DNA from: Candidatus Multivoradales bacterium
GTDB lineage: Bacteria > Acidobacteriota > Thermoanaerobaculia > Multivoradales > Multivoraceae
DNA length: 64,000 nt
Assembly: GCA_965223325.1 (NCBI GenBank)
Contig: CBDCWI010000002.1
Location: forward strand, 1,568,001-1,632,000
Direction: 5' to 3'
The translations under genes and the position numbers were made by a program. Position 1 is the first letter of the stretch. Each line of letters opens with the position of its first letter. Below the pieces are notes generated by a model. That model saw only the letters and a program-made list of their open reading frames with translations. It ran no database searches and was not told where the DNA came from. This document shows, one piece after another, positions 1-9,572 of this stretch.

Positions 1-19
1 GGGCTCTATGACTGAGCGA

Positions 20-655
20 TCACTCGACGCCGCGCTCCATGCGGCGAAAGCTCGGCACCCGGCCGAAGGGGCTTTCGTAAGACGACGAGATCAGGGCGGT
101 GACTTCGAAACCGAGCCGTTCGTAGAGGGCCTGGGCTTGCGGGTTCTCGACCGAAACGTCAAGCGCCGCCCGTGTGCACCCTTTCTGGCGACCGACTTCT
201 AGTGCGTGTTCGACCAGCTGGGTCCCGATACCGCGGCCGCGCCACTCGCGTGTCACGCCGAGGTGGCCGATGTAGTGCAACCGCCCCTTCGGGGGCTTGA
301 CGATGCTCTCGGTCTCTAGCCCGCGTCGGATGACGCCCAGGCCTCGCCTGAGACCGTAGTACCCGAGAATCTGGCGCAAGGCCGCAAGCGTATGACCACG
401 CGCGTCTCGACCGTCGAAGCACGTGCCGGCACCGACGACTTCGCTTTCATGCGTCACCACGAAGTGATGGCCGTAGCCGTGCTCGCCGCCCTCTCTGCGA
501 AGCGACGAACGCAGGAAGTCTGCTGCCGTCTGCCCCGGCCGGTCGACGAACACATAGTCGAAGGTTTCGGGACCGGAGCTATGAATGAGCGGAACCAACG
601 CCTCGATGTCTGCCGGAGCCGCCGGGCGAAGTTCGAAGGGAGGCATGGCCGGCAT
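20..655 (-). CDS. GNAT family N-acetyltransferase
   Basis: Acetyl-CoA motif LGVTREWRGRGIG and C-terminal ENPQAQALYERLGF. Confidence 0.85.
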   Translation of the reverse strand: MPAMPPFELRPAAPADIEALVPLIHSSGPETFDYVFVDRPGQTAADFLRSSLRREGGEHGYGHHFVVTHESEVVGAGTCFDGRDARGHTLAALRQILGYYGLRRGLGVIRRGLETESIVKPPKGRLHYIGHLGVTREWRGRGIGTQLVEHALEVGRQKGCTRAALDVSVENPQAQALYERLGFEVTALISSSYESPFGRVPSFRRMERGVE

Positions 656-774
656 CGTACCCTCACCTTCTCACCTTCTCACCCTCTCGGCGCGGAATCC
701 GGGCTTGTTTGCAATGCTCCGGGTTGCCAACGAGAATTGGCACGCGAACCCCGCCCTTCCACGAATGGCAGGCC

Positions 775-1305
775 ATGACCTCTCCCACCTCGACAAACGA
801 ACCCATTCGAATCACCTGGTCGCGCACCGAAGCCGACGCGGTGCGCGCCATCCGCCTGCACTACAACAACTTGAAGTGGCAGAAGCCGCTCTGGTACCTG
901 GTCATTCCTCTGGTCCCCGTGCTGCTGGCGATCTACCTGCTGGCTTTCGGTGTCGATCTCCTCGGCATCGCCTACGTGGTCGCCTACGTCGTGATCGTCG
1001 CGGCTGCGGCGCTCTTTCGCTGGGTCATGCTGCCGCGTCATGCCCGGCAGGTTTTCCGACAGCAGAAGGCGCTCCACCAGCCCTTGACGCAAGAGATCGA
1101 CGAACGGGGTCTCGGGGAACAGCGTGGCGACGACAACCGCACCTTCCTACCGTGGGACGCCGTCCACCGCACGATCGAGGGCCCCGACGAATTCATGATC
1201 TATCAGTCCGAGGCGCTCTACCACATGATCCCCAAGCGTGAACTGACGCCAGAGGAAAGCCAACGCGTGCGCGCGATCCTTTCCAACAGGGCGAAGCTCG
1301 GCTGA
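775..1305 (+). CDS. YcxB-like membrane protein
   Basis: Two TM helices followed by LPWDAVHRTIEGPDEFMIY..YHMIPKREL, typical of YcxB; ATG at 775 preferred over 709. Confidence 0.65.
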   Translation: MTSPTSTNEPIRITWSRTEADAVRAIRLHYNNLKWQKPLWYLVIPLVPVLLAIYLLAFGVDLLGIAYVVAYVVIVAAAALFRWVMLPRHARQVFRQQKALHQPLTQEIDERGLGEQRGDDNRTFLPWDAVHRTIEGPDEFMIYQSEALYHMIPKRELTPEESQRVRAILSNRAKLG

Positions 1306-1896
1306 GTGAGAACCGTGTCTCGGCTGCTCTCTTCGGGTGTATCGCGCGCGATCATGTTTTTCACCGCGGCTACGCATGCGGCCGTGCTTTCGGCCGCCGT
1401 CGCTGAGACGGCGGCCGAAACAACGCACTCTAAAACCGCGAATCCAGGCGCCTCGACAGGCCTCTGGGTACGCGCCGGAGAACTCGCTCGACTTCCCACC
1501 ACGGGTTGCGCCTGGCAAAGCATGCTGGACGCTGCCAACAGCGTCACCCCGGCGAACGCGACCATTTCTGACCAGAACAGCAACCACAACGTCGAGACCC
1601 TGGCAGCCGCGCTGGTCTTCGCACGGACCAGCAATCCGATCTACCAGGACAAGGTCACCGAGGCGCTCGAAACGCTAGTGGCGGCCGGCAAGCCAGGTGA
1701 TCGAACCCTCGCCTGGGCCCGTGAGGTCGGCGCGTACGCTCTCGCCGCGGATCTGGTTGGCTATCGAACCACAACTCTCGAGACCTGGCTTCGCAACGTG
1801 GCCGAGGTCTGGATTGCTGAAGACAACCGCACCCTCCTCGACATGTTCAAGGCACGACCGAACAACTGGGGGGCTCATGGGTTTGGCTCCCTGGCG
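1306..1896 (+). pseudogene. Secreted alginate-lyase-like (alpha/alpha toroid) protein, N-terminal half, interrupted by an insertion
   Basis: Signal-like N-terminus, DQNSNHNVETLAAAL, RTLAWAREVGAYALAADL, RPNNWGAH; sequence after codon 1894-1896 is unrelated. Confidence 0.7.
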
Positions 1897-2066
1897 TTGG
1901 CGAACCATTCCTCTTCAGCGGGGACTTTGCGCAGGGCCTGGAATTGGTCCGAGGTGATGCGGGCCTGCTCGAGGCCACCGGCGGTGGTGTCTCGCGCTGT
2001 GATCGCCTGGGTGGTCTCGACGACTTCTAGCTCCCGCGGCTTCGGGTTGTTGTTCTTCGAGCTCAT
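1897..2066 (-). pseudogene. Tyrosine recombinase/integrase N-terminal fragment
   Basis: GGAGG RBS, MSSKNNN...ITSDQFQALRKVPAEEEWFAN, resembling the FQxLAxVPPExEWFAN start of a plasmid/transposon integrase family; cut at the insert boundary. Confidence 0.6.
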
Positions 2067-2180
2067 GAGAGGTCCTCCGAGAACCATGGTGCTGGCCACA
2101 AACATCCAGGCGCATATTGATCTGATAGTATCGCGTTCAAATCAGGCGAGGCCCCCCCGGCCAGATCTCTCCTCATTGAA

Positions 2181-2236
2181 CTCACACCTTGCGCCGGGAT
2201 CGATCTGTAAATCGACCCAGATCCGGAAGGTGTGAG
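2181..2236 (+). promoter_or_regulatory. Long hairpin covering the Rhs gene RBS region
   Basis: CTCACACCTT (2181-2190) and AAGGTGTGAG (2227-2236) form a perfect 10-bp inverted repeat with an inner stem; ATG at 2239. Confidence 0.45.
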
Positions 2237-2238
2237 AC

Positions 2239-5200
2239 ATGTTCAGAAAAAGACATCGGTGGACCCGTTGCACGGCCTGGCCCCTCCTTGGAGCTTCGAT
2301 CGTTGCTCTCGCGCTCTTCTCGACCGCATCGATGCATGCGCAACAGCAGGCGATGAACCCGCGCGGGATCGCTATCTCTCCGAGGTAACGAGCGGAGTCG
2401 TCCTGGGCGGTTTCGAAGAAGACTTCGACTTCTTCAGTGGTCGCCTCGTCTTCCGGATGACCCCGATTGATCTTCCGGTGCGTGCTGACCAGCGCATGAC
2501 AGTCAGTCTTTACTACAGCTCAGACGTCTGGAACCGCACCGACATTCGCCAGACCCACGTCGCCTCGGCTGACACGACGGACCACCTCGGTGGATCGGGA
2601 TGGCAACTCCACATGGGGAAGGTTCTGAACCCCAACGGCGCTGGGAGTTCCGAATTCAATCCCGACAGCCCGCTCCTGATTCTGCCCGACGGCACCTCAA
2701 AACGCTTCTACAACTCAGACAGCGGCGGATTCATCTCGGCCGACCGTTGGAAGTACGCGAACACCGGCTTCAACCTTTGGGAGGCCACCGGAACCGACGG
2801 AACCGTCTACGAGTTCAGTGGCAACGGTTCAGCGGCGGGCTCCTACCTCCATGACCAGAACGGCATTGCGCAGTGCACTCGGATCACCGATGTGCACGGC
2901 AACGACATCAACATCACCTACACCGGTGCCGGACTGATCGACAAGGTCACCGACGAGCACGGTCGAACCGTCGAGTTCACCTACGTCGGCGGTGCTGACC
3001 GCATCCAGTACATGCGCTTGAAGAACGGCAGCATCACGTTGGCCGAAAGGGAGTTTCGCTACGGCAACTCGGCCCAGCTCACCTTCGTTCACAGCTTCGG
3101 AACCCGCACCGCCTATGCGCTCGAAGAGATCGTGCCGCCTGAGGGCGACAGTTGGTTCTTTAGCTATGTCCCTGCCTCCTCGAACATCGGAGACGGCAAG
3201 CACATGCTCTCGGGCATCACCCTGCCTTCCGGCGGAACCCTCGACTACTCCTGGGACCCTGTGTTCTTCGAGGTCGGGTGCCAGTCCTCGATCGACGTCC
3301 CAAGGCTGGCCCTCGACCAAGAACCATGGGCGGCCGAAACGTCCCCCAGGGTGTTTACAACTACACCTACTCGAATCCCGGGACCGATGGTGCGGTGACC
3401 ACAGTCGATGGCCCGGGAGCCTTCCAGGAGGTCTACACCTTCGACGGTTGGGATGCCTACGATGTCCCTTTCGACAACGAGATCTGGCAGGTCGGCCTTC
3501 TCAAATCCGTAGTGCGAACCGACGGGCTCCAGACAACCACTGAAACTCGGACCTACGTCGAAGGCGACACGCTGTCGACCTCGAACTGGCAACACAGCAG
3601 CTCTTGGGTCAGTTGTGGGTCCTCACGCAAGCGCGCCGCCATCAAGTTCGTTAAGCCCTCACAGATACAGACCGTCACACAACGAGACGGTGGTACCTAC
3701 ACAACCACGCTCTCGAACTTCGACCAGTACGGGAATCCGGACACGATCACGGAGTCCGGCGATGCCACGCGCACCACGACGCTCGACTACTGGTACTCCA
3801 CTCCCGAGAACATCCTCGATGGTCGTCTCGCCCTGCGCGACCAGAACCCAGGCTCCTACGAAACCCACATCTATTCGACCAAAGGCCAGAGAACTAGAAC
3901 TTGCCTCGAAGACACCAACATCAACTGCACCACCGGCCTACGTACCGATTTCACCTACGACGGCTTCGGGCGGCTCACCAAGGAGGTCGTCGAGAACGAC
4001 TCCGAAGACCGGGAACGGTCGTATTTCGACTTCGCGTTTGGCAAGCCCGAGCGCGATGTCATCAATATGAACTCGGTGTCCGATATCGAAATCAACCGCA
4101 ACATCAACGCCCGTGGCCTCGTCGACTGGGAGGAGGACGGGCGCGACGCGGCCACCTAACGCACCTTCTATCAGTACGACGACCTCGGCCGACTCACCCT
4201 CGTCGACCCTCCCCTTGGGGCATCGACCACCTTCTTCTACGAATCTGATAGTTCCGCTATTGAATTGACGAGAGGCACAGGCGCAACCGCCTACAGAACG
4301 GAGTACCTCCTTGACGGCTTTCAGCGTCTCACCGCTTGGCACGACATCGAGCGCAACGACAGACGCGACATCACCTACGACGAGGTCGGGCGTCGGGTCC
4401 AGGAGGACTACATGAAAGGCGGCCTCGTTGCAGATACACACTTCTTTGACGTCGTCGGGCGACTCACGGAGGTCCTGCACCCAGACTCCACGTCCATCCT
4501 CTACACCTTTGGGCGCTCAGCCTTCCCAGCCTCAGCAACAACCACAATCTTTGACGAAGAAGACCACGACACGGTCCTCCCCTACGAGATCTATGGATCA
4601 CCCGACGACGGCCGACTCGCCCAGGTTCGCGACGCCGACAACAAGCTGTGGAAGTACGAGTACCACGCTGACTACGACCTGCTGACGAAGATCGACCCCC
4701 CAAGTGGAGCCAACCGGGAGTTCGTCTACAACGCCAGGCGGCTCCTGGAGCGCGAGAAACACCCGGAAACGGTCGACATCATCTACCGCTACAACCGGGC
4801 CGGGGATCGCGACGAGCGAGAGGCAGCCTCCGAGATTGTGACGTTCGGATACGACCACGCTGGACGGCTGACTTCTCTCGATCCTCCCGGTAGCCCGCCA
4901 GAACGTTCGGCTACGACGGCGCAGGGCTTAGGGTCTCCGCGGGTTCTCCCTCGGGCTCCCACGTCTTCACCTACGACGAAGCACAACGCATCACGCAGCG
5001 ACTCGCCCTTCTGCCGGGCAACACCCGAACGATCCAGATTGGCTACAACGATCTCGACCAGGTGACCAGCATCACCTACCCGAGTGGCCGTATCGTTCGC
5101 TACCTGTACAACAACCAGGGCCGCCCCATCAAGGTCTTCGAAAGCGGCCAGGTCGACTATGCGAGCGACGTGTCCTACAAAGTCCATGGTGGCATTGACA

Positions 5201-5610
5201 CCATCACCTACGGCAACGGAGTCCAGAGCACCTTCACCTACGACAACCGCTTCCGGCCTACCCAGATCGCGGCTACCCATTCGACCCTCAACCTCTCCTG
5301 GGACGACCGCAGCAACCTCTCAACCTGGTCGACGGGTGGCGTCTCGCGCTCCTTCGCTTACGACGAGCTCGGACGCATCACGAGCGCCGGTGGTCCGAAT
5401 GGGGAGAACATCTCCTCCTACCTATACGACGACCACGGCAACCGCACGAGTCGCACGGTCAACGGAACATCCGAGACCTACAACTATTCGAACAACCGAC
5501 TCACCTCGGTCACTGGAGGCTTCTCCGAGTCCTACGACTATGACACCCGGGGACGAATGACGGACCGTGGGTCTGATGACTTCGACTACGACCCACTTTC
5601 CAATCTCACT
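2239..5610 (+). pseudogene. Rhs/YD-repeat protein, frameshifted and C-terminally truncated
   Basis: Many YDxxGRL repeats across ORFs 2232-3398, 3278-4159, 4265-5065 and 5062-5709; signal peptide in another frame from ATG 2239; frameshifts near 2385, 3320 and 4895; in-frame TAA at 4157-4159; no Rhs core or toxin tip. Confidence 0.85.
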
Positions 5611-6042
5611 GCGGGTAGGAGTCGTGAGGTCGAAGGCCTCGGTGTAGGAGACGAACGCGACGTCGAGTTCCTGAAGCTCCTGGAGGGTGCCGACCAGGTC
5701 GGAGAGTGATCGCCCCCAGCGGTCGAGGCGCCAGACGAGGACGATGTCGATCTCGCGTCGCCTGGCCGCTTCGAGGAGCCGATCCCGCTCAGGTCGTCGT
5801 TTCGAGCCTGAAGCGACCTCCTCGACGACGAGGGCTTCCTGCCAGCCGCGGCGCTCGAGAAACTCGCGCAGTTGGTGCAGCTGCATGGCGATGGTGTGCT
5901 GGTGCGGGGTCGAGACCCGCGCATAAAGACCGACCCGAGGCGAGCCCTCGGGTCGGGTGGGGGAGGGGTGGCCAAAAACCCCCTCGTCAGAGGTCGATTT
6001 CAGGCCACTGTTTCCGGGGGGCTTGGAGGACGGTTTCGGCAT
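5611..6042 (-). pseudogene. Serine recombinase (resolvase), C-terminally truncated
   Basis: VGLYARVST, VLVWRLDRWGRS, TEAFDLTTPT, then runs into antisense Rhs sequence; helix E and HTH are missing. Confidence 0.85.
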
Positions 6043-6144
6043 GGTCGAAACCTATACCTTTTGGCCATCTCTCAGTTTGCTTTGTCCTTCGGTCGGGCCT
6101 CCTCCCGTATGCATGCGCTTGAGCGGGAGGGATGAGACACTTGA

Positions 6145-6175
6145 GACACCCCCCACCTTCAAGGTGAGGGGTGTC
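6145..6175 (-). terminator. Near-perfect 31-bp inverted repeat downstream of the Cys-rich peptide gene
   Basis: GACACCCCCCACCTT-C-AAGGTGAGGGGTGTC (1 mismatch in 15 bp), 14 nt after the stop at 6190. Confidence 0.45.
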
Positions 6176-6189
6176 AGGCCTCAGTCACA

Positions 6190-6426
6190 CTAGACGCGGC
6201 AGTCGAAGAAGTCGCAGCAGTAGGTCCATTCTCCGCCCACGTTGCACTGGTACACGGTGCAATAGTCGGTGGAATCAGGGCTCCAAACACAGTTAGAGCC
6301 CTGGCCGCCCCCTGCGCACTCCTGGCAGGCATGTGCAGTCACAGAGGCTGGAGCAACGAGTGCGAGAGCACAAGCCAGGGCCAGTGCGATCCACATGGTT
6401 TTGCGAGCAGTGAACTTTGCAAACAT
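6190..6426 (-). CDS. Small secreted cysteine-rich peptide (78 aa)
   Basis: AAGGAG RBS, Sec signal peptide, mature part with 8 Cys: ACQECAGGGQGSNCVWSPDSTDYCTVYQCNVGGEWTYCCDFFDCRV. Confidence 0.75.
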   Translation of the reverse strand: MFAKFTARKTMWIALALACALALVAPASVTAHACQECAGGGQGSNCVWSPDSTDYCTVYQCNVGGEWTYCCDFFDCRV

Positions 6427-6458
6427 TTCTATCTCCTTGGTTATCGGGGTCAGCAGCG

Positions 6459-7139
6459 TTACGGCTGCCGAGCCCCGTCCTTGTTAGGGGCGACGGGCAT
6501 CACCTCGAAGCGCCCCACTTCGGGTTGGTACTGCCTTCGAATACGCAAGACAGATCCGGGCTTGAGTCGATTGAGATCTTCGCGGACAGGGTTGAACGAG
6601 TTGAGGAACACGGTGAGGCCCTCGCTGGCTTTCGTCCAGCGGCTGTCGCCGCTTCCGGCGGTTCGGACTTCGAGGCCTGTTGTGCCGAGACGGACATCGA
6701 GTTCGTCGTCCACCGAAAACAGGGTGGAGGCTTCTTGAGAGCCTTCTTCAAGAAGCATGTTGCGGCGCATCCGCCGAAAGTCCTGCGTAGCTTCTTGGGG
6801 GCGGTTTCCAAGAGTGACGGTCTTCTCTAGCCGTTCGGTAACCGCATCTGCGATTCGCTCGATGACCACCTTCATGTGGTCTCCAGCTGCGAATCCCTGC
6901 AGCAGGTCGACAAAGTAGCGCCGACTCTTTCCTTCGAGGGAGTGGCCCTCGACCTCAAGCACGAGGTCATTCACAAGGAGCCCAGCGGCTTCAGCGGCCG
7001 ATCCCGACTCCACATCAACGACGAGGACGCCCCGAGGGTCGGGGTGTACGCTGATCCCTAGGTAGCCTTGATTCTGGGCGCTCACCGGAAGCGAGAACAG
7101 AGCGAAAACGAGCATACAAAAGCCCCTGACGATCACCAT
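6459..7139 (-). CDS. Secreted PDZ-domain protein
   Basis: Signal peptide, GYLGISV..GVLVVDVESGSAAEAAGLLVNDLVLEVEG; ATG 7139 overlaps the upstream stop. Confidence 0.75.
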   Translation of the reverse strand: MVIVRGFCMLVFALFSLPVSAQNQGYLGISVHPDPRGVLVVDVESGSAAEAAGLLVNDLVLEVEGHSLEGKSRRYFVDLLQGFAAGDHMKVVIERIADAVTERLEKTVTLGNRPQEATQDFRRMRRNMLLEEGSQEASTLFSVDDELDVRLGTTGLEVRTAGSGDSRWTKASEGLTVFLNSFNPVREDLNRLKPGSVLRIRRQYQPEVGRFEVMPVAPNKDGARQP

Positions 7140-9391
7140 GATGCTTCCACTCCTGCCATGACTTGAGCCTCCTCGCAAGGTGTTGAGTTCTTGGCCAGGT
7201 CTGGGCAGTACCGATAGAGGCCGGGCGCCGCGCCGCGGACAAGAAGAGCGTTGTCGAAAACCTCTACCATCGGTCCGAGTTCCTTTGCCAAGGTGAGCAC
7301 GCTCACCGCTCCGCCGTTCACTGCCACCAGCCAGCTGTCCTGAAGAGAGTCGGGCCTAGGTATCCGTATGGACCCTGTTTCGTGAGGCATAACCACGCGA
7401 AGCCGTTCGCCTTCGCTGCGCTCTGATGATGAGTAGTCCAGCGCGGCAAGTTGAAAGCTGTAGGCGGTTCGCGTGAGGATCGATGCCTGTCTAGGACTCG
7501 GTGGTAGCCGGAGGACGGCGACGCCATCAGGACCAGTCGCTCCATTGACGTAGAAGGCCGCCGCATGTGTGGGCATGGCGACGACTCGAACATCTGGAAT
7601 AGGAGAGCCGCTTGCCGAGACGGTTTCGATCTCGACGGGAATCCGATTCTGAAGAGTGAGATTCAAGGGAGGCTGCTCAAGACCCTCCTGGAGGTGCACG
7701 TCGACCCATTCAGATTGAGAGTCGCCGTCATGTGCTCTTGCGTGGATGCTGAGACGGCCGGGTACCATGCCATCAACTTCGAATCGTCCTTCTTCGTCGA
7801 GGCCAACCTGGAACTCTCGTGTGCCGAGTCGTCCGCTTTCCTGGCCAGGTTCGGAGAACTCACGCGCGGCCCAGACGATCGCTTCGGGCTCAGGGATCAG
7901 CTCTCCGTCAACTTCGCGCCACACGACCCCCTCAAGGTAGGTGTCCGGCAGCTCGATTCGGAGAATGGCTTTCCCGCTAGGACCCCGATCGACTTCAATG
8001 GGCTCGAGCTGCAGGGTGCCTTCGACTACACCGGAAGCGCATGAGCCGCAATGGGCACTGTCGAAAACACGCTCGAGAGGCCATAGACCCTCGTTGGGCA
8101 AGTAGCCCTCGAATCGACCCTCTTCGTCGGAGGCCATCTGAAGACGCTTGGCTCCGGTGTTCGTTCCGAAGAGCAGCTCTGTTTGAACGGGCTCATCTCC
8201 TCGGGAGATCCGCCCTACCACCTCAACGCCTGGAATCTCAACGTACAGCTCGTCACTCACGAGGTCATGATGCTCGGCGTACCAGACGTTTCTATGTTCA
8301 TCCTGAACGGTGACGAGGTACCAGCCGGTGGCAGTTTCTGGGAGGGTGGCATAGCCGAAGTCGTCGAGGTTCGTCTCGCCGCTATCCTCGAAGCGCGATG
8401 TCCCCCCGATGTTCTTTCGAAGGATCACCGTCCAGTGGCCACCCGCCGGTGGCGTTAGTGGGCTAACTGTGACCTCAAGAGAGAGCAACCGTTGGAGTTC
8501 AATTGGTCGCTCTTCCTGTCGGTCTTCCTGCGGTGAGAGACGAACAACGCGCTCAGCAGGCGAGAAGCCCTCCAAGTCGGCGGTAAGGCGGTAGAGGCCA
8601 GCGCGAAGGCCTTGAAATTCGAAGAGACCTCTTGCGAAGGAGGCTGGCCATTCGGCCATCAGAGGGCGAACGAAGCTGGAGGGAGATTCGGCACCACCGT
8701 GCCAGAGGGTGAGGATGGCCTCTTCGGGAACCACTTGCCCGCCAAAGCGAGCCCCGGGTATCGGTGAGACTTCAGTGGATCCAGAAGACCACCCTTCCTT
8801 GGCGACGAAGCTGGGTTCATGCCCCGGGAGCTGGAAGCGAAGCGTCGAGGCATCCTCTGGTACCAAGCACTCATAGTTCCGCTTTTCCGCGAGATTACAG
8901 AGAGCAAGCCGCTCTCCTCGGCGCGTAGAGACTCTCGCGGCTAGCGGGTTTGGGAGGCGGAAGCCTGAGTTATCGGTTTCAAAGCCCTTGACGTTGATAG
9001 TGACCGCAACAGCTGGCACCGCTTCGACAACGCCCTCGGTGGTACTAAGCGGCGTGGTTTCGCCGATCCAAGGAACGTCACCAGGATTGATAGGCGGAAA
9101 CACCAGGAGAGCCCGTGCACGTTCACCCGGGCCGTCGGTCCCGGAGCGAAGAATCGAGATTGGTAAGGAGGCCATGCCGTCGCTGGCCTGGACTTCACCG
9201 AGCTGGTATTCGTTGATGCTCTGAAGAGCCGAGAGTGAGGTGATGCTCGGCGGCTCGGCGATGAGCAGGGCGCGCTCGGAAGGCTCGTCCGAGGATCCGG
9301 TAGAGGCACCGCACCAGCCGCTGAAGACAAGAAAGAGCGCGAAGCCGAAAAGCCGCCGTTCTATTCGCTTCTGAAGGATCTGAGTCCGCAA
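7133..9391 (-). CDS. Secreted protein with carboxypeptidase-regulatory-like (prealbumin-fold) repeats
   Basis: Repeats such as GLFEFQGLRAGLYRLTADLEGFSP, SDEEGRFEG, DEEGRFEVDGMVPG, TGPDGVAVL. Confidence 0.7.
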   Translation of the reverse strand: MRTQILQKRIERRLFGFALFLVFSGWCGASTGSSDEPSERALLIAEPPSITSLSALQSINEYQLGEVQASDGMASLPISILRSGTDGPGERARALLVFPPINPGDVPWIGETTPLSTTEGVVEAVPAVAVTINVKGFETDNSGFRLPNPLAARVSTRRGERLALCNLAEKRNYECLVPEDASTLRFQLPGHEPSFVAKEGWSSGSTEVSPIPGARFGGQVVPEEAILTLWHGGAESPSSFVRPLMAEWPASFARGLFEFQGLRAGLYRLTADLEGFSPAERVVRLSPQEDRQEERPIELQRLLSLEVTVSPLTPPAGGHWTVILRKNIGGTSRFEDSGETNLDDFGYATLPETATGWYLVTVQDEHRNVWYAEHHDLVSDELYVEIPGVEVVGRISRGDEPVQTELLFGTNTGAKRLQMASDEEGRFEGYLPNEGLWPLERVFDSAHCGSCASGVVEGTLQLEPIEVDRGPSGKAILRIELPDTYLEGVVWREVDGELIPEPEAIVWAAREFSEPGQESGRLGTREFQVGLDEEGRFEVDGMVPGRLSIHARAHDGDSQSEWVDVHLQEGLEQPPLNLTLQNRIPVEIETVSASGSPIPDVRVVAMPTHAAAFYVNGATGPDGVAVLRLPPSPRQASILTRTAYSFQLAALDYSSSERSEGERLRVVMPHETGSIRIPRPDSLQDSWLVAVNGGAVSVLTLAKELGPMVEVFDNALLVRGAAPGLYRYCPDLAKNSTPCEEAQVMAGVEASW

Positions 9392-9572
9392 TTCTTAGGC
9401 CCCATGTATGGAACCCGTGTTTGCTCAGGGATGTGTTGACTCGATGTGCTGCAAACCGGGGAGTTCCGATTTGGTAGTGAAAGAGGACTATAGGGACGAC
9501 TTTGGGACCACGTCAAGAGGTCAAGGGCAATCTCGACCGGGCGTTCGGTAAGAAATCGGGCGCTTTATTTGG

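Larger units (their letters stand above)
1897..9572. mobile_element. ~7.7 kb degraded inserted segment (recombinase fragments, Rhs pseudogene, cargo cassette)
   Basis: Removing it restores an in-frame ORF (GAHGFGSLA|AIYGYLGD); contains two truncated recombinases; the 6.4-9.5 kb part looks less GC-rich than the flanks. Confidence 0.75.

Noticed and set aside
284-297. GCCCC-TTCG-GGGGC hairpin
   Set aside because: Inside the GNAT coding sequence (KPPKGR codons); no U-tract
1306-2235. 309-aa ORF as a complete gene
   Set aside because: The last ~112 codons are read-through into the insert (antisense integrase fragment)
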